A stretch of 64,000 bases of DNA, taken from the NCBI GenBank assembly GCA_963810095.1, contig CAWEMM010000002.1, forward strand, positions 1 through 64,000, written 5' to 3'. This document shows positions 12,216 to 22,989 of the stretch, in pieces. The notes beneath the pieces are model-generated. The model was given only the letters and a program-made list of their open reading frames with translations, did not search any database and had not been told where the DNA came from. A program made the position numbers and the translations under genes. The stretch comes from an uncultured Chloroflexia bacterium (GTDB taxonomy: Bacteria; Chloroflexota; Anaerolineae; CG2-30-64-16). Position 1 is the stretch's first letter. Each line of letters opens with the position of its first letter.

Positions 12216-13021
12216 ATGACAGAGTTGACTGCCGAATCGATCGCATGCGCTTTGAGCACCCGTCGCCTGGGACGGCCGGCCCTGGTCTTCGACCGCATAG
12301 GTTCGACGAACGACGTTGCGCGTCAGCGGGCCGAGGAAGGCGCGGGCGACGGCCTGCTCGTCATCGCCGAGGAGCAGACCGCCGGCCGGGGGCGCCTGGA
12401 GCGCCGCTGGTGGGCGCCCCCCGGCACGTGTCTGTTGATGAGCCTGCTGCTTGCCCCGCGACGACCGGCCGGAGCGTGCCTCTCCATCGTGCGGGCCAGC
12501 TGACCATGTGCCTTGGTTTGGGCGCGGTTGAAGGGATTGCGGAGGTGACGGGCCTTGCAGCCCGCCTGAAGTGGCCGAACGACGTGCTGATTCGCGGACG
12601 CAAGCTCGGCGGGATGCTGACGGAGCTGAACACGGACGACGGCCAACTCAAGTATGCGGTCGTGGGGCTGGGGCTGAACGTCAATCTCGATTTCACTGCC
12701 GAGGGGACGCCCCCCGAGCTCTTGGCCGCTGCCGCGAGCCTCGGGCAAGAGGCGGGCCGGTCCGTGCCGCGCCTGCCCCTTCTCGCATCGATCCTGGCCC
12801 ACACTGAACACTGGTATGATCGTGTCCTCGCCGGCGAGTCGCCCCACGCGGCCTGGGCGCAGCATCTCGACACGCTGGACCAACGGGTGCGCGTTACGCT
12901 GGTATCTGAGACCATCGAGGGCGTCGCCACGGGCGTCTCTCCCGAGGGCGCGCTCCTCGTCGGGGACGACTCGGGCACGACCCACACCATCTGGAGCGGC
13001 GACGTTATCACAGTGCGCTAG
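12216..13021 (+). CDS. birA: Biotin--[acetyl-CoA-carboxylase] ligase (frameshift near 12480)
   Basis: IGSTND and EEQTAGRGR..W in ORF 12198..12503; LKWPNDVL..RKLGGML..VGLGLNV in ORF 12008..13021; no N-terminal HTH. Confidence 0.88.
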
Positions 13022-13040
13022 CTACTTCGTCGCTTAATAG

Positions 13041-13083
13041 GAAAGGCCCCTCTCAGGTTTGCGCTTGAGAGGGGCCTTTCTTC
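13041..13083. terminator. Intrinsic terminator between convergent birA and cytochrome genes
   Basis: gaaaggcccctctca...tgagaggggcctttc inverted repeat. Confidence 0.7.
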
Positions 13084-13091
13084 GAATGTGT

Positions 13092-15284
13092 CTACTGCTG
13101 CGGCTTATGGCATGCCTGGCAGGTGTCGCTGGTTCGACCAGCATGGTCGGCCGGGGCCGGCTTCAGCCCGCCATTGGGATTGTGGCACACGAGGCAGTCG
13201 CTGCGTCCGACCAAGTCGTGGGGGATGGTCGGGGCGGCGACGGCGCCGCCGCTGGCCGCGGGGGTGCCGGCAGGCGTGGCGGCAGGCGTTGCGGCCGAGC
13301 CGGCCGCCTGGTGGCAGCCCTGGCAGGTGTCGCTGGTTCGACCGGCGTGATCGGCCGGAGCCGGCTTCAGCCCGGCCGTCGGATCATGACATGCGACGCA
13401 GTTCTCGCGTCCGGCCACCTCGTGCGGGATGCCCGGCGCGTTCGATGCACCTGCGCTCGGGGTCGTCTCGGCTTCCGGCGTCGTCTCTGAGGTCGGCTCA
13501 GGCGTGGCGGCTGCAGCGCCGGGCTTGTGGCAGTTGGCGCACATGTCCGGGGTGAAGGCGGTATGGTTCTGGGGGAACGGCACGGCCTTGTCGGTAGCGT
13601 GGCACGCCAGGCACTCGCCCATCCCCTCGAGTTGGTGCGGGATGGTCGGCGGGGGCACAGGGGTTGCCTCGCCCGCTGCGGCCGGCACGCCGGGGACGTG
13701 ACAGCTGACGCAGAGGTCGCTCGAGAATGCGGCATGGTTTGCCGGGTACGGGACGACCTTGTCTGCCCCGTGGCAGACCTTGCAGTCGGTGGTCGCGCTG
13801 ACGGGGTGCGGGATCGGGTTGGGCGCGCCCGTCGAAGGCTTCCTGGCCGGGGCCGAGAGCTCGCGGATTTCAGGCGCGTTCAGCCCGGCGAACTTCCATT
13901 CCGTTGCGTGGCACGCGCTGTTCGAGCAGAAGCTGGAGTTGTCGCTCCCACCCGGGTTCGTCACGGTGTGACAGGTGGCGCACGTCGCGTCGAAGTTGTA
14001 GCGATGCTCGGCCAGCCATGTCGTCGACTTGTGCGTGTCCGGCTCATTGCCGGGCGCGACCGAAGAAATGGGCTGGAGCGTCTGCCCCGGGCCTGCCTGC
14101 TGTGGAATCGTGTGGCAAAGGTTACATTCGAGCCGGATCGCCTCATTCTCCGAGCTCAGGTGCTTGCCGTCATGGCAGCGGAAGCAACCGGGGAAGTCCT
14201 TGTGCCCGACATTGTTGTTGTGGCTCTCCCACGTCACATTCATGAAGGGAAATTGTGTTTTGTCGAAGATGTCCTGCAGTACGCTCACGGCCGTCTTGAC
14301 GTCCGCCTCGCGCTGCGCGTAGATTTCGGGCTGCTCGTTCTTGTAGTAGTCCTCGATCGCCGCAATCGCCGCGGCCGCCTCGTCCTCAGTCGCGTACTGC
14401 TTCTCAAGCGTCTTGACGCCCTGGTCTTTGATGTACGGCAGGTTCGGCAAGGTTCCCTGCGTCAGTGCTTCGTCGATCACTTCGCCTGGCCGGCGGAAGT
14501 TGTGCGACGCCCGGTTGTGGCAGTCGACGCAGTCCATCTTGCGCTTTTCGTAGGTCGCCAGCTCCTCGGGAGTCAGCTTGCTGTCGACGGACATGTATTC
14601 GGTGACCTTGCCGTTGTATTCAGCCGAGACCCACGGGATATCCTGGCGCTTCTCGTCCGTTGCGATGTAGTAGACCGGGTTGTCGATGTGCCAGTGAATG
14701 CCCCGTCCGAAACCTTCAGCCTCCGTTCCGCCGCCCGTATGCACGTTCAGCGCCGTCTGAGTGAGGCTGTTGTCCTGGTCGGTGCCGTATTCATTCTTGA
14801 CAATCACCCGGTCGCCATAGACCTTCTGCGGCCAGTGGCACTGCTCGCAGACCACCTCGACGGGCCGCAGGCTTGTGATCGGCGAGGGAATGGGTTTCTC
14901 GTACTGCCCGGTCGGATAGACCCACAGGTAGCGGGCATTGGCCAGTTTGGCCTTGATCGCCGCCACCGCCCCCGGGCCGATATGGCAGGTGCCGCACTCG
15001 GCGCGGGCATGAGCCGAGTTCTCATAGGCCGTGTGCTCGGGCGCCATGACGTGACACATCGAGCAGAAAGCACTCGATTCGGTCCAGTGCAGGAACTCGG
15101 TCGAAGCAATGAAGAAGATAAGCAGGAAGCCGACGCCGGCCAGCGCCGCCAGCACATAGGGCCACCGTTTGCGGCGGGCGCGGGTCGGAGCGGCCTCGAC
15201 GGGGGCGTCGACCAACGCCTCGCTGGCATCCTGGGGCGCAGCGTCAGGCGTGCCCGGCGGCTCGGGGAGAGGGGAACCGGTCAT
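13092..15284 (-). CDS. Membrane-anchored multiheme cytochrome c: NapC/NirT-type N-terminus plus four tandem diheme modules (15 CxxCH + 1 CX4CH)
   Basis: Single TM then TES..FCxxCH (NapC/NirT); hemes counted in the translation; C-terminal IPH..CxxCH..H..CxxCH units separated by Pro/Ala/Thr linkers. Confidence 0.9.
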   Translation of the reverse strand: MTGSPLPEPPGTPDAAPQDASEALVDAPVEAAPTRARRKRWPYVLAALAGVGFLLIFFIASTEFLHWTESSAFCSMCHVMAPEHTAYENSAHARAECGTCHIGPGAVAAIKAKLANARYLWVYPTGQYEKPIPSPITSLRPVEVVCEQCHWPQKVYGDRVIVKNEYGTDQDNSLTQTALNVHTGGGTEAEGFGRGIHWHIDNPVYYIATDEKRQDIPWVSAEYNGKVTEYMSVDSKLTPEELATYEKRKMDCVDCHNRASHNFRRPGEVIDEALTQGTLPNLPYIKDQGVKTLEKQYATEDEAAAAIAAIEDYYKNEQPEIYAQREADVKTAVSVLQDIFDKTQFPFMNVTWESHNNNVGHKDFPGCFRCHDGKHLSSENEAIRLECNLCHTIPQQAGPGQTLQPISSVAPGNEPDTHKSTTWLAEHRYNFDATCATCHTVTNPGGSDNSSFCSNSACHATEWKFAGLNAPEIRELSAPARKPSTGAPNPIPHPVSATTDCKVCHGADKVVPYPANHAAFSSDLCVSCHVPGVPAAAGEATPVPPPTIPHQLEGMGECLACHATDKAVPFPQNHTAFTPDMCANCHKPGAAAATPEPTSETTPEAETTPSAGASNAPGIPHEVAGRENCVACHDPTAGLKPAPADHAGRTSDTCQGCHQAAGSAATPAATPAGTPAASGGAVAAPTIPHDLVGRSDCLVCHNPNGGLKPAPADHAGRTSDTCQACHKPQQ

Positions 15285-15384
15285 ATCTTTTCCTCCAAGG
15301 GTGAACGGAACGTAGAGCGCGAGATCAACCTGGACAAGAACAACCTGTTAGTGAGCGAAATCCAACTTCAATGAGGATGCCGGG

Positions 15385-15413
15385 AGTATACTCCTCTCGC
15401 CAAGAAGTGTCAA
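15385..15413 (-). promoter_or_regulatory. Sigma70-type promoter of the 16-heme cytochrome
   Basis: Minus strand TTGACA-17 nt-TATACT. Confidence 0.65.
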
Positions 15414-15451
15414 AGTGTGTCTAAACGCACAATTAACAGCTGAAGCGCGGG

Positions 15452-16144
15452 CTAGGGTTTGTCTTTGGGTTCGGCCTCGCCGACGACGGCGGCCACGGCA
15501 CGTTCCCAGGAATCCGCCTCCGCGGGGGTCACGGGCTCAGAGCGGAAGCGATAATCGTGCTTGCGGATCAACTCGTCGAGCTCGGCGCGCAGCCGGGACC
15601 ACGCGTCTGCTTGCCAGGCCGCGAGCAGCCGCACGGCGGATGAACCGGCCTGGCCCAAGGCGAGCTGGAAATGCGGCAGGCAGATGCCGCCCGCCTGCTT
15701 GTAGGCTTCGGCAAGGGCCGCGTCGTCCATGTGGCTGATGAGCACCTTGACCTCGCGCTGTTCCGCGTCGCGCTCGAGCAGGCAGGCCGGGCAGGTCGCC
15801 GTCGGAGCGAGCGCACGGGACAGGTCGGGCTGGCCGCGGCCGAACAGCCGCGCCGGGGCATTGCCGTTGGCCTCCAGCGCCTTGATCAGGGTGTTGACAA
15901 CGTCTCGATAGATGATGGCCGTGCCGAGCACCGCGCCGCGTTCACCCGCCAGCCGCCAAGCGTGCGTGTAGCACAACCCCCGGGCGTTCCGCAGCGCCTC
16001 GCGCAGCTTCACGTCGGTCACACCCTCGTAGATGAGGGCGTGGATGTAGCTGTCGCTGGCCCCGCGGGCAAGACGACAAATCGCACAGCCCTCGGCCTGG
16101 AACGCCTCGAGCAGCTCGTGGTACAGCACGTCTTTCTCGGCCAT
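15452..16144 (-). CDS. DUF6062-like protein with two internal CxxC...CxxH repeats (putative Zn-binding)
   Basis: GCAIC..GLCYTH and TCPAC..GICLPH; LIRKHDYR motif; ATG at 16144. Confidence 0.7.
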   Translation of the reverse strand: MAEKDVLYHELLEAFQAEGCAICRLARGASDSYIHALIYEGVTDVKLREALRNARGLCYTHAWRLAGERGAVLGTAIIYRDVVNTLIKALEANGNAPARLFGRGQPDLSRALAPTATCPACLLERDAEQREVKVLISHMDDAALAEAYKQAGGICLPHFQLALGQAGSSAVRLLAAWQADAWSRLRAELDELIRKHDYRFRSEPVTPAEADSWERAVAAVVGEAEPKDKP

Positions 16145-16155
16145 AGCAGAAGCGT

Positions 16156-17820
<1,665 letters not shown>

Positions 17821-17844
17821 AGCGCGCAATTCGAGGCGCACTCG

Positions 17845-19980
17845 TTATCGCTGGCGGAGCAGCCGCGCCGAGTTGCCGAGGATGCCCAGGTCAGGAATCG
17901 ACTGTGCGGCGGCCGCAAGCACCGGCGGCAGGATCCCAACCGCGGCCAGCGACACGCCGATGATGTTGTAGACGGTCGTGAACACCAGGTTCATCTTCAC
18001 CACCCGCATCGTTCGGCGGGCAATCCGGAACAGTTCGGGCGCCAGGCGCCAATCCTCGCGCATGAGCGAGACGTGTGCGGCTTCGACTGCCACCGCCGCG
18101 CCGGCCACGGCCATCGCGACGCCCACATTGGCCTGGGCCAGGGCGGGTGCGTCGTTCACGCCGTCGCCGATCATGACGACCGTCTTGCCCTGTGCCTGGT
18201 ACTCGCGCACGATGCGAATCTTGTCCTCTGGCAGCAGGTTCGCCCGGCAGGCGATGCCGAGCTCCGCCGCGAGTGCGGAGGCCGTCCGCTCGTTGTCCCC
18301 GGTCAGCAGCTCGATGTGCTTGATGCCCATCTCGCGCAACTCGGCCAGCGCATCGGGCACCTCGCTTCGCATGGTGTCGGCAGCCGAGAGGACGCCGGCG
18401 GGCCGGCCGTCGACGGCGACGTAGAGCGCGGTGTTGCCGTTACGGGTGATGTCGGGCCAGTCCAAGGCTTCCCCGATTGAAATTGACGCCGGAGCCAGCG
18501 CAATCACCGGCGTCTGCGCCACCACGAATGCCCGGTTCCCCACTACCACGGCCCTGCCGTCGATCAGCGCGCGGACGCCCTGGCCGGGCAGAGCTTCGAA
18601 CGATTCAGGTTCCAGCAGCGCCACGCTGTGCCGGAGTGCGGCGTCACGAACGGCCTGTGCCAGCGGGTGCTCGGAGTAACGTTCGGCCGACGCGGCCAAA
18701 GAGAGCACGTCGTCGCGACTGAAGCGGCCATTCGCCGGAATGACCTCCGCAATGCGCGGCTGGCCGAGCGTGAGCGTGCCGGTCTTGTCGATCAACAGGA
18801 CGTCGGCCTTGGCGAGCGTCTCGATGTATTGGCCGCCCTTGATCAGCAGCCCTCGTCGGGCGGCCGCGCCGATCGAGGCGAGCATGGCGATGGGCGTGGC
18901 GAGCGCAAATGAGCAAGAGCAGGCGACGACGAGCACCGCGGCCGCGGCCAGCGGGTTGCGCGAGATGATCAGGGTGAGCGCGGCAATGCCGGCAATAATG
19001 GGCAGATAGATCGCGGCAAAACGGTCGGCGGCCGTCTGCACCGGGCCCCGGTGCGCCTCCGCCTCCTCGACCATGCGCACGACCTTCCCGAAGGTCGCGT
19101 CGCGGCCCACCTTCGTCGCGCGCACCCGCAGGTGGCCGAGTTCGGCAATGGTCGCCGCATAGACCTGGCTTCCGGGGCCGGCATCGACCGGCAGCGGCTC
19201 GCCCGTGATGGCGGCCTGGTTGATGCTTGCGCGGCCGTCCAGTACTTCGCCGTCGACCGGAATCTGCTCGCCGGGCCGGACGATCACCGTCTCGCCCACT
19301 CGCACCTCGTCCGCCCGGATTTCGATCTCCTCGCCTTCTCGCACTACACGAGCCGTGACGGGCGCCAGCGCTGCCAGGTCTTTGACCGCCCGGCGCGCAC
19401 GCTCTGTCGTGAAGCGCTCGACGGTGTCGCCGACGTGCATCAGGAAGACCACCATGAGCGCGGTGACCCACTGCCCGACGGCAAGCGCGGCGATGACGCC
19501 CAGGGTCATCAGGTGGTGCGCCGTAATCTGGCGGCGCAGGGTCGCACGCCAGACGTTCCGGAAGGCCGTGAACCCGGCCGCGACGACGAGTGCGATGCCG
19601 ATGGGCAGCGGAACTGCGGCATTCAGGCGCTCGAAGAGGCCGAGCAACTCGCCGCCGACCACCATGAAAAGGACGAACGCGACGACCGCGACGAGCAGCA
19701 GGCCGATGCGCCGGCCGAAAGCGCGTTCCTCCGCAGAGCTCACGGGTTCCGCGGGACCGGCCGTGTCAGGAACTCGGTAGCCCGCGCCGGCAACCGCCTT
19801 GCGAATATCTTCGAGGGCGACGCGGCCGGGGTCCAGCTCGACCGTCGCGCGCTCCGACGCCAGGTAGACCTCGACATGCTGCACGCCGGGCAAGCCCGCA
19901 ATGGCATGACGGACGTGCTGCGTGCATTCGGCGCAGTCCATGCCCTGCACCGGGACTTCAAGCGTTGTTGTCTGCGACAT
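17845..19980 (-). CDS. Heavy-metal-translocating P1B-type ATPase with CSC transmembrane motif and N-terminal HMA domain
   Basis: GMDCAEC HMA, TGE, VACSCSFALATP, DKTGTLT, SEHPLA, GDGVNDAPALA. Confidence 0.92.
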   Translation of the reverse strand: MSQTTTLEVPVQGMDCAECTQHVRHAIAGLPGVQHVEVYLASERATVELDPGRVALEDIRKAVAGAGYRVPDTAGPAEPVSSAEERAFGRRIGLLLVAVVAFVLFMVVGGELLGLFERLNAAVPLPIGIALVVAAGFTAFRNVWRATLRRQITAHHLMTLGVIAALAVGQWVTALMVVFLMHVGDTVERFTTERARRAVKDLAALAPVTARVVREGEEIEIRADEVRVGETVIVRPGEQIPVDGEVLDGRASINQAAITGEPLPVDAGPGSQVYAATIAELGHLRVRATKVGRDATFGKVVRMVEEAEAHRGPVQTAADRFAAIYLPIIAGIAALTLIISRNPLAAAAVLVVACSCSFALATPIAMLASIGAAARRGLLIKGGQYIETLAKADVLLIDKTGTLTLGQPRIAEVIPANGRFSRDDVLSLAASAERYSEHPLAQAVRDAALRHSVALLEPESFEALPGQGVRALIDGRAVVVGNRAFVVAQTPVIALAPASISIGEALDWPDITRNGNTALYVAVDGRPAGVLSAADTMRSEVPDALAELREMGIKHIELLTGDNERTASALAAELGIACRANLLPEDKIRIVREYQAQGKTVVMIGDGVNDAPALAQANVGVAMAVAGAAVAVEAAHVSLMREDWRLAPELFRIARRTMRVVKMNLVFTTVYNIIGVSLAAVGILPPVLAAAAQSIPDLGILGNSARLLRQR

Positions 19981-20025
19981 AGAGTTATTATACCACAGCG
20001 TATACAAAAGCCGGCGAATCGGGGC

Positions 20026-20057
20026 AAAAAAAGGAAGGGCCCCGGAGGGCCCTTCCC
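20026..20057 (-). terminator. Intrinsic terminator after the decaheme cytochrome
   Basis: Minus strand GGAAGGGCC...GGCCCTTCC hairpin followed by T7. Confidence 0.8.
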
Positions 20058-20105
20058 GACTATTGGAGCCTGGCGGGTCTCGACAACCCGCCAGGCTTAC
20101 GCCTC

Positions 20106-22562
20106 TTACTGGCCGAACAGCGCCATGACCTCGTTGATCTTGTCCATCAACGTCTGGGTCGGGTTCTTGCCGGCCTCGACCAGGTAGCCGCCCATCTGGA
20201 AGTGCTGATTCAGCATCCGGAGGGTGCCTGCCTCGTCCGCGTTAATTGCCTGCGCGCGGTGGCAGCCGCCACACGCCCGCTCGGCCGGACCGACCACGTA
20301 GGACGGCACGTTCGAGATGGCGCGGTCTGCGCTCTCATTGGTCGCCGAGGCCGACAGCAGGCCCGGCAGCGACGCCGACTGGCTCGGCGCGTTGTACATG
20401 CCCTTCACATGGCACGCTTCGCAGTCCGTAATGCCATGAGTCGGGAACGGCATGCCCGTGTGTTCCTCGTACTTCAGCGCCTGAACCGGATCGTCAAAGC
20501 TGACGTTCGGCAGATCGAAGTACTGCATGGAGTGGACCGCATGCACGTACGAGTCCAGCGAGCGTGACTGCATCTCGAGATGCGAGCCGCCAGCCTTGAC
20601 GATGTGGCACATCCGGCAAGCGGTGGTGTTGCCACCGTACGACGGATTGTGGAATGTCGTGGCAAGCGCGGCGTGGCAGTTGTCGCACTTCTCGGTTTCG
20701 ACGATCGGGCTGAACGCCGAGTCGTCGAAGGCAGCCGTCTTCAGGTCGACCGTGCGGGTGGCGGCGTTGACCGCAACCTGCTGGCCGTCATTGTTGACAG
20801 CGTTCGAAAGGATGCCCACCTCAGCCCGCTTCACCGAGCCGTCCTTCATCTGGGGAGCCCAGGTGCTGAGGTCCGCGACCGCTTCCCACTGGCCCGCACC
20901 CGTCGACTTGATGGCCAGGCGGGGGTTGGCAACCTTGTCGCCCAAGGCGGCTTCGAGGTTCCGAGCGTCGCTCGCATCCATCTTGCCGTCCTTGTTGTCG
21001 TCGAAGGTGCGCTCGTGCGGCCCATAGAGGAAGTCCTTCGTGTCCCAGCCGTAGAGCCCGACCAGGACCGTCGGGGTGATGTTCTTGGTAACGTCGATGT
21101 CCTTGAAGTCGGACTTGGCGTTGGCTTTGAACCCGATGGTCAGCTTATTGTCGGCGAACTTGACAGATTCGACCGTCACGGACACGGCGTCAGAGTACTT
21201 GATGCCCGCGGCGTTGTAGATCTGCTTATCGTACCCGGTATGGATCTTGTCGAATCCAGGCGCCATGCCGCCGGAAGCCTTGTGGCAGGTGCTGCACTGC
21301 ATCGACGGATCGGCGTTGTCCGCCCAGTTGATCTTCGGGTGGGTGGCCGGGAGGATGGTGTTAAGCGCAAACTCGGTCGTGTCGTAGGCCGGCTCTTCGC
21401 CTTCCTTTGCCTCCGCCTTGGCGCCCGTCACGGGGTGGCAGCTCTTGCAGGTCGCGCCGACCATGTTCGCGTCGGTCAGGACCTTATCGAGCTTGCCCTC
21501 GTGGCAGGTGACGCAGTTGGCCATCGACTGCGGGTAGGGGAATTCCATGGCGTGCGACATGTGAACGTCGTTCATGACGCTCGGGTTGTAGGCCATGGCC
21601 TTCTTTTGGTCCTCGGTCAGCATCGCAAGCGCCTTCTCCTCGTCGGGTTCGGCAAGGAACTTGGCTGCGAGCTCAGGATCGTTGACCAACAGCTGCCATT
21701 CGTAGTGCCCGCCCTCGGCATTGTCGATGTGGCAGACCTTGCAGGTCATGAAGTCGGTCTTGGGATCGCCGTTGACTTCGGCGTAGATGTAACCGTGCTT
21801 GAGGTACGGGTCGGTGTGGCACTTCACGCAGCCTGCGTTGTTCGCCGACGACTCGTAGTTGACCGCACCGGTGGTGAGCAGCGCGGCGAACGGGTACTTG
21901 TTCTGGCGCACGCGGGTGCCCGGGATGGTGGCCTGGGTCTCATCGCGGCCGTACACGGCCAGGACGCCCGGGGTGTTGCTGATGTCGGTGTAGTCGACGA
22001 AGTTCTTGTCGTCCTTCGCCAACTCGGTCAAGGTGCTGGTGACCCCGCCCTTGCCGTCCGACGTGATCTTGCCCTTGAGGGACAAGCGGTCGCGAGCCGG
22101 CTCGAACTGGAACTTGCCGTCCTTGAACGGCACCCAGTAGATCGAGAGCTCGTCGGCCTTGGCCGGATCGAAGGGCTGACCATTCAGCATCATGTTGAAG
22201 GTGATGGTGGTGGTGTCCGGATTGGCCTTGAACGCGTACTTCACGTCCGTGACCTTCAGGGCGCCGTCCTGGTACAGTTGATCGTAATACTGCTGGTGGG
22301 TGGCGCCAGTGGTCTTGTGACAGATCTGGCAGGTCTCGACGGTTGCCCCGGCGTTTGGCTGCGCTGCGGTCTGCTGCGTGGCAGCCTTCGGTGCCACGGT
22401 GGCCTTCGGCGCAGCGGCGGGCGCGGCGGTCGCAGCAGGTGCGGGCGTCGCCGTTGCGGTCTGCGCGTTGTTGCCGGCAGCCGAGACCTGCAGGGCCGCG
22501 AACAGGGCCACGAGCAGCGCGACGGCTGCCAGGACCAAGAGATACTTCTTAGAAAGCTTCAT
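20106..22562 (-). CDS. Secreted decaheme cytochrome c, MtrC/OmcA-family-like
   Basis: 10 CxxCH as 2x(1 heme + heme-free domain + 4 hemes); YPQSMANCVTCH and IVETEKCDNCH motifs; Sec signal without lipobox; GGAG RBS. Confidence 0.85.
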   Translation of the reverse strand: MKLSKKYLLVLAAVALLVALFAALQVSAAGNNAQTATATPAPAATAAPAAAPKATVAPKAATQQTAAQPNAGATVETCQICHKTTGATHQQYYDQLYQDGALKVTDVKYAFKANPDTTTITFNMMLNGQPFDPAKADELSIYWVPFKDGKFQFEPARDRLSLKGKITSDGKGGVTSTLTELAKDDKNFVDYTDISNTPGVLAVYGRDETQATIPGTRVRQNKYPFAALLTTGAVNYESSANNAGCVKCHTDPYLKHGYIYAEVNGDPKTDFMTCKVCHIDNAEGGHYEWQLLVNDPELAAKFLAEPDEEKALAMLTEDQKKAMAYNPSVMNDVHMSHAMEFPYPQSMANCVTCHEGKLDKVLTDANMVGATCKSCHPVTGAKAEAKEGEEPAYDTTEFALNTILPATHPKINWADNADPSMQCSTCHKASGGMAPGFDKIHTGYDKQIYNAAGIKYSDAVSVTVESVKFADNKLTIGFKANAKSDFKDIDVTKNITPTVLVGLYGWDTKDFLYGPHERTFDDNKDGKMDASDARNLEAALGDKVANPRLAIKSTGAGQWEAVADLSTWAPQMKDGSVKRAEVGILSNAVNNDGQQVAVNAATRTVDLKTAAFDDSAFSPIVETEKCDNCHAALATTFHNPSYGGNTTACRMCHIVKAGGSHLEMQSRSLDSYVHAVHSMQYFDLPNVSFDDPVQALKYEEHTGMPFPTHGITDCEACHVKGMYNAPSQSASLPGLLSASATNESADRAISNVPSYVVGPAERACGGCHRAQAINADEAGTLRMLNQHFQMGGYLVEAGKNPTQTLMDKINEVMALFGQ

Positions 22563-22909
22563 CGCTCCTCCATAGGCGATTGGTGGGAAAGACAACTACG
22601 TAGATTTGGGGACAGTATGAATCGTCGAACGTGTAGCAGGTACCTCCGTTCTACTAAAGTCCCAGCGTCAGGCGAGCCGGCGGTGTTCGGGCAGGAGGGT
22701 CTTCGGGTAGGACCGCCTGCGCAAACCGGTCTTTAGTTCCCGGAGCCTCCCAGGTGAGTGAACTGCACCGGGGAGCACGAAAGGGGAAACGAGCCGCGGC
22801 TTGCACCGAGGCCTATGGGCTGGTTTTGTGATATTACACCCAATCCACGGCCGTCCACATGATCTGTATCATATTGCACTAAATGCATGTGACAAAAGTA
22901 GCTGACAAC

Positions 22910-22944
22910 AAAAAAGAAACCGGGGGCCGTCAAGGCCCCCGGTT
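22910..22944 (-). terminator. Intrinsic terminator after the 755-aa cytochrome
   Basis: Minus strand aaccgggggcc-ttgac-ggcccccggtt followed by TCTTTTTT. Confidence 0.8.
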
Positions 22945-22989
22945 ATCGTAGTGGAGGGGCGGGTTAGGGGCCCGCCCCCGGTGTCGAAG

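Noticed and set aside
22600-22900. Possible riboswitch or Rex/FNR site upstream of the decaheme cytochrome
   Set aside because: GC-rich hairpins and a TTGTGA half-site are present, but I could not match a full known consensus; an Rfam/Infernal search is needed
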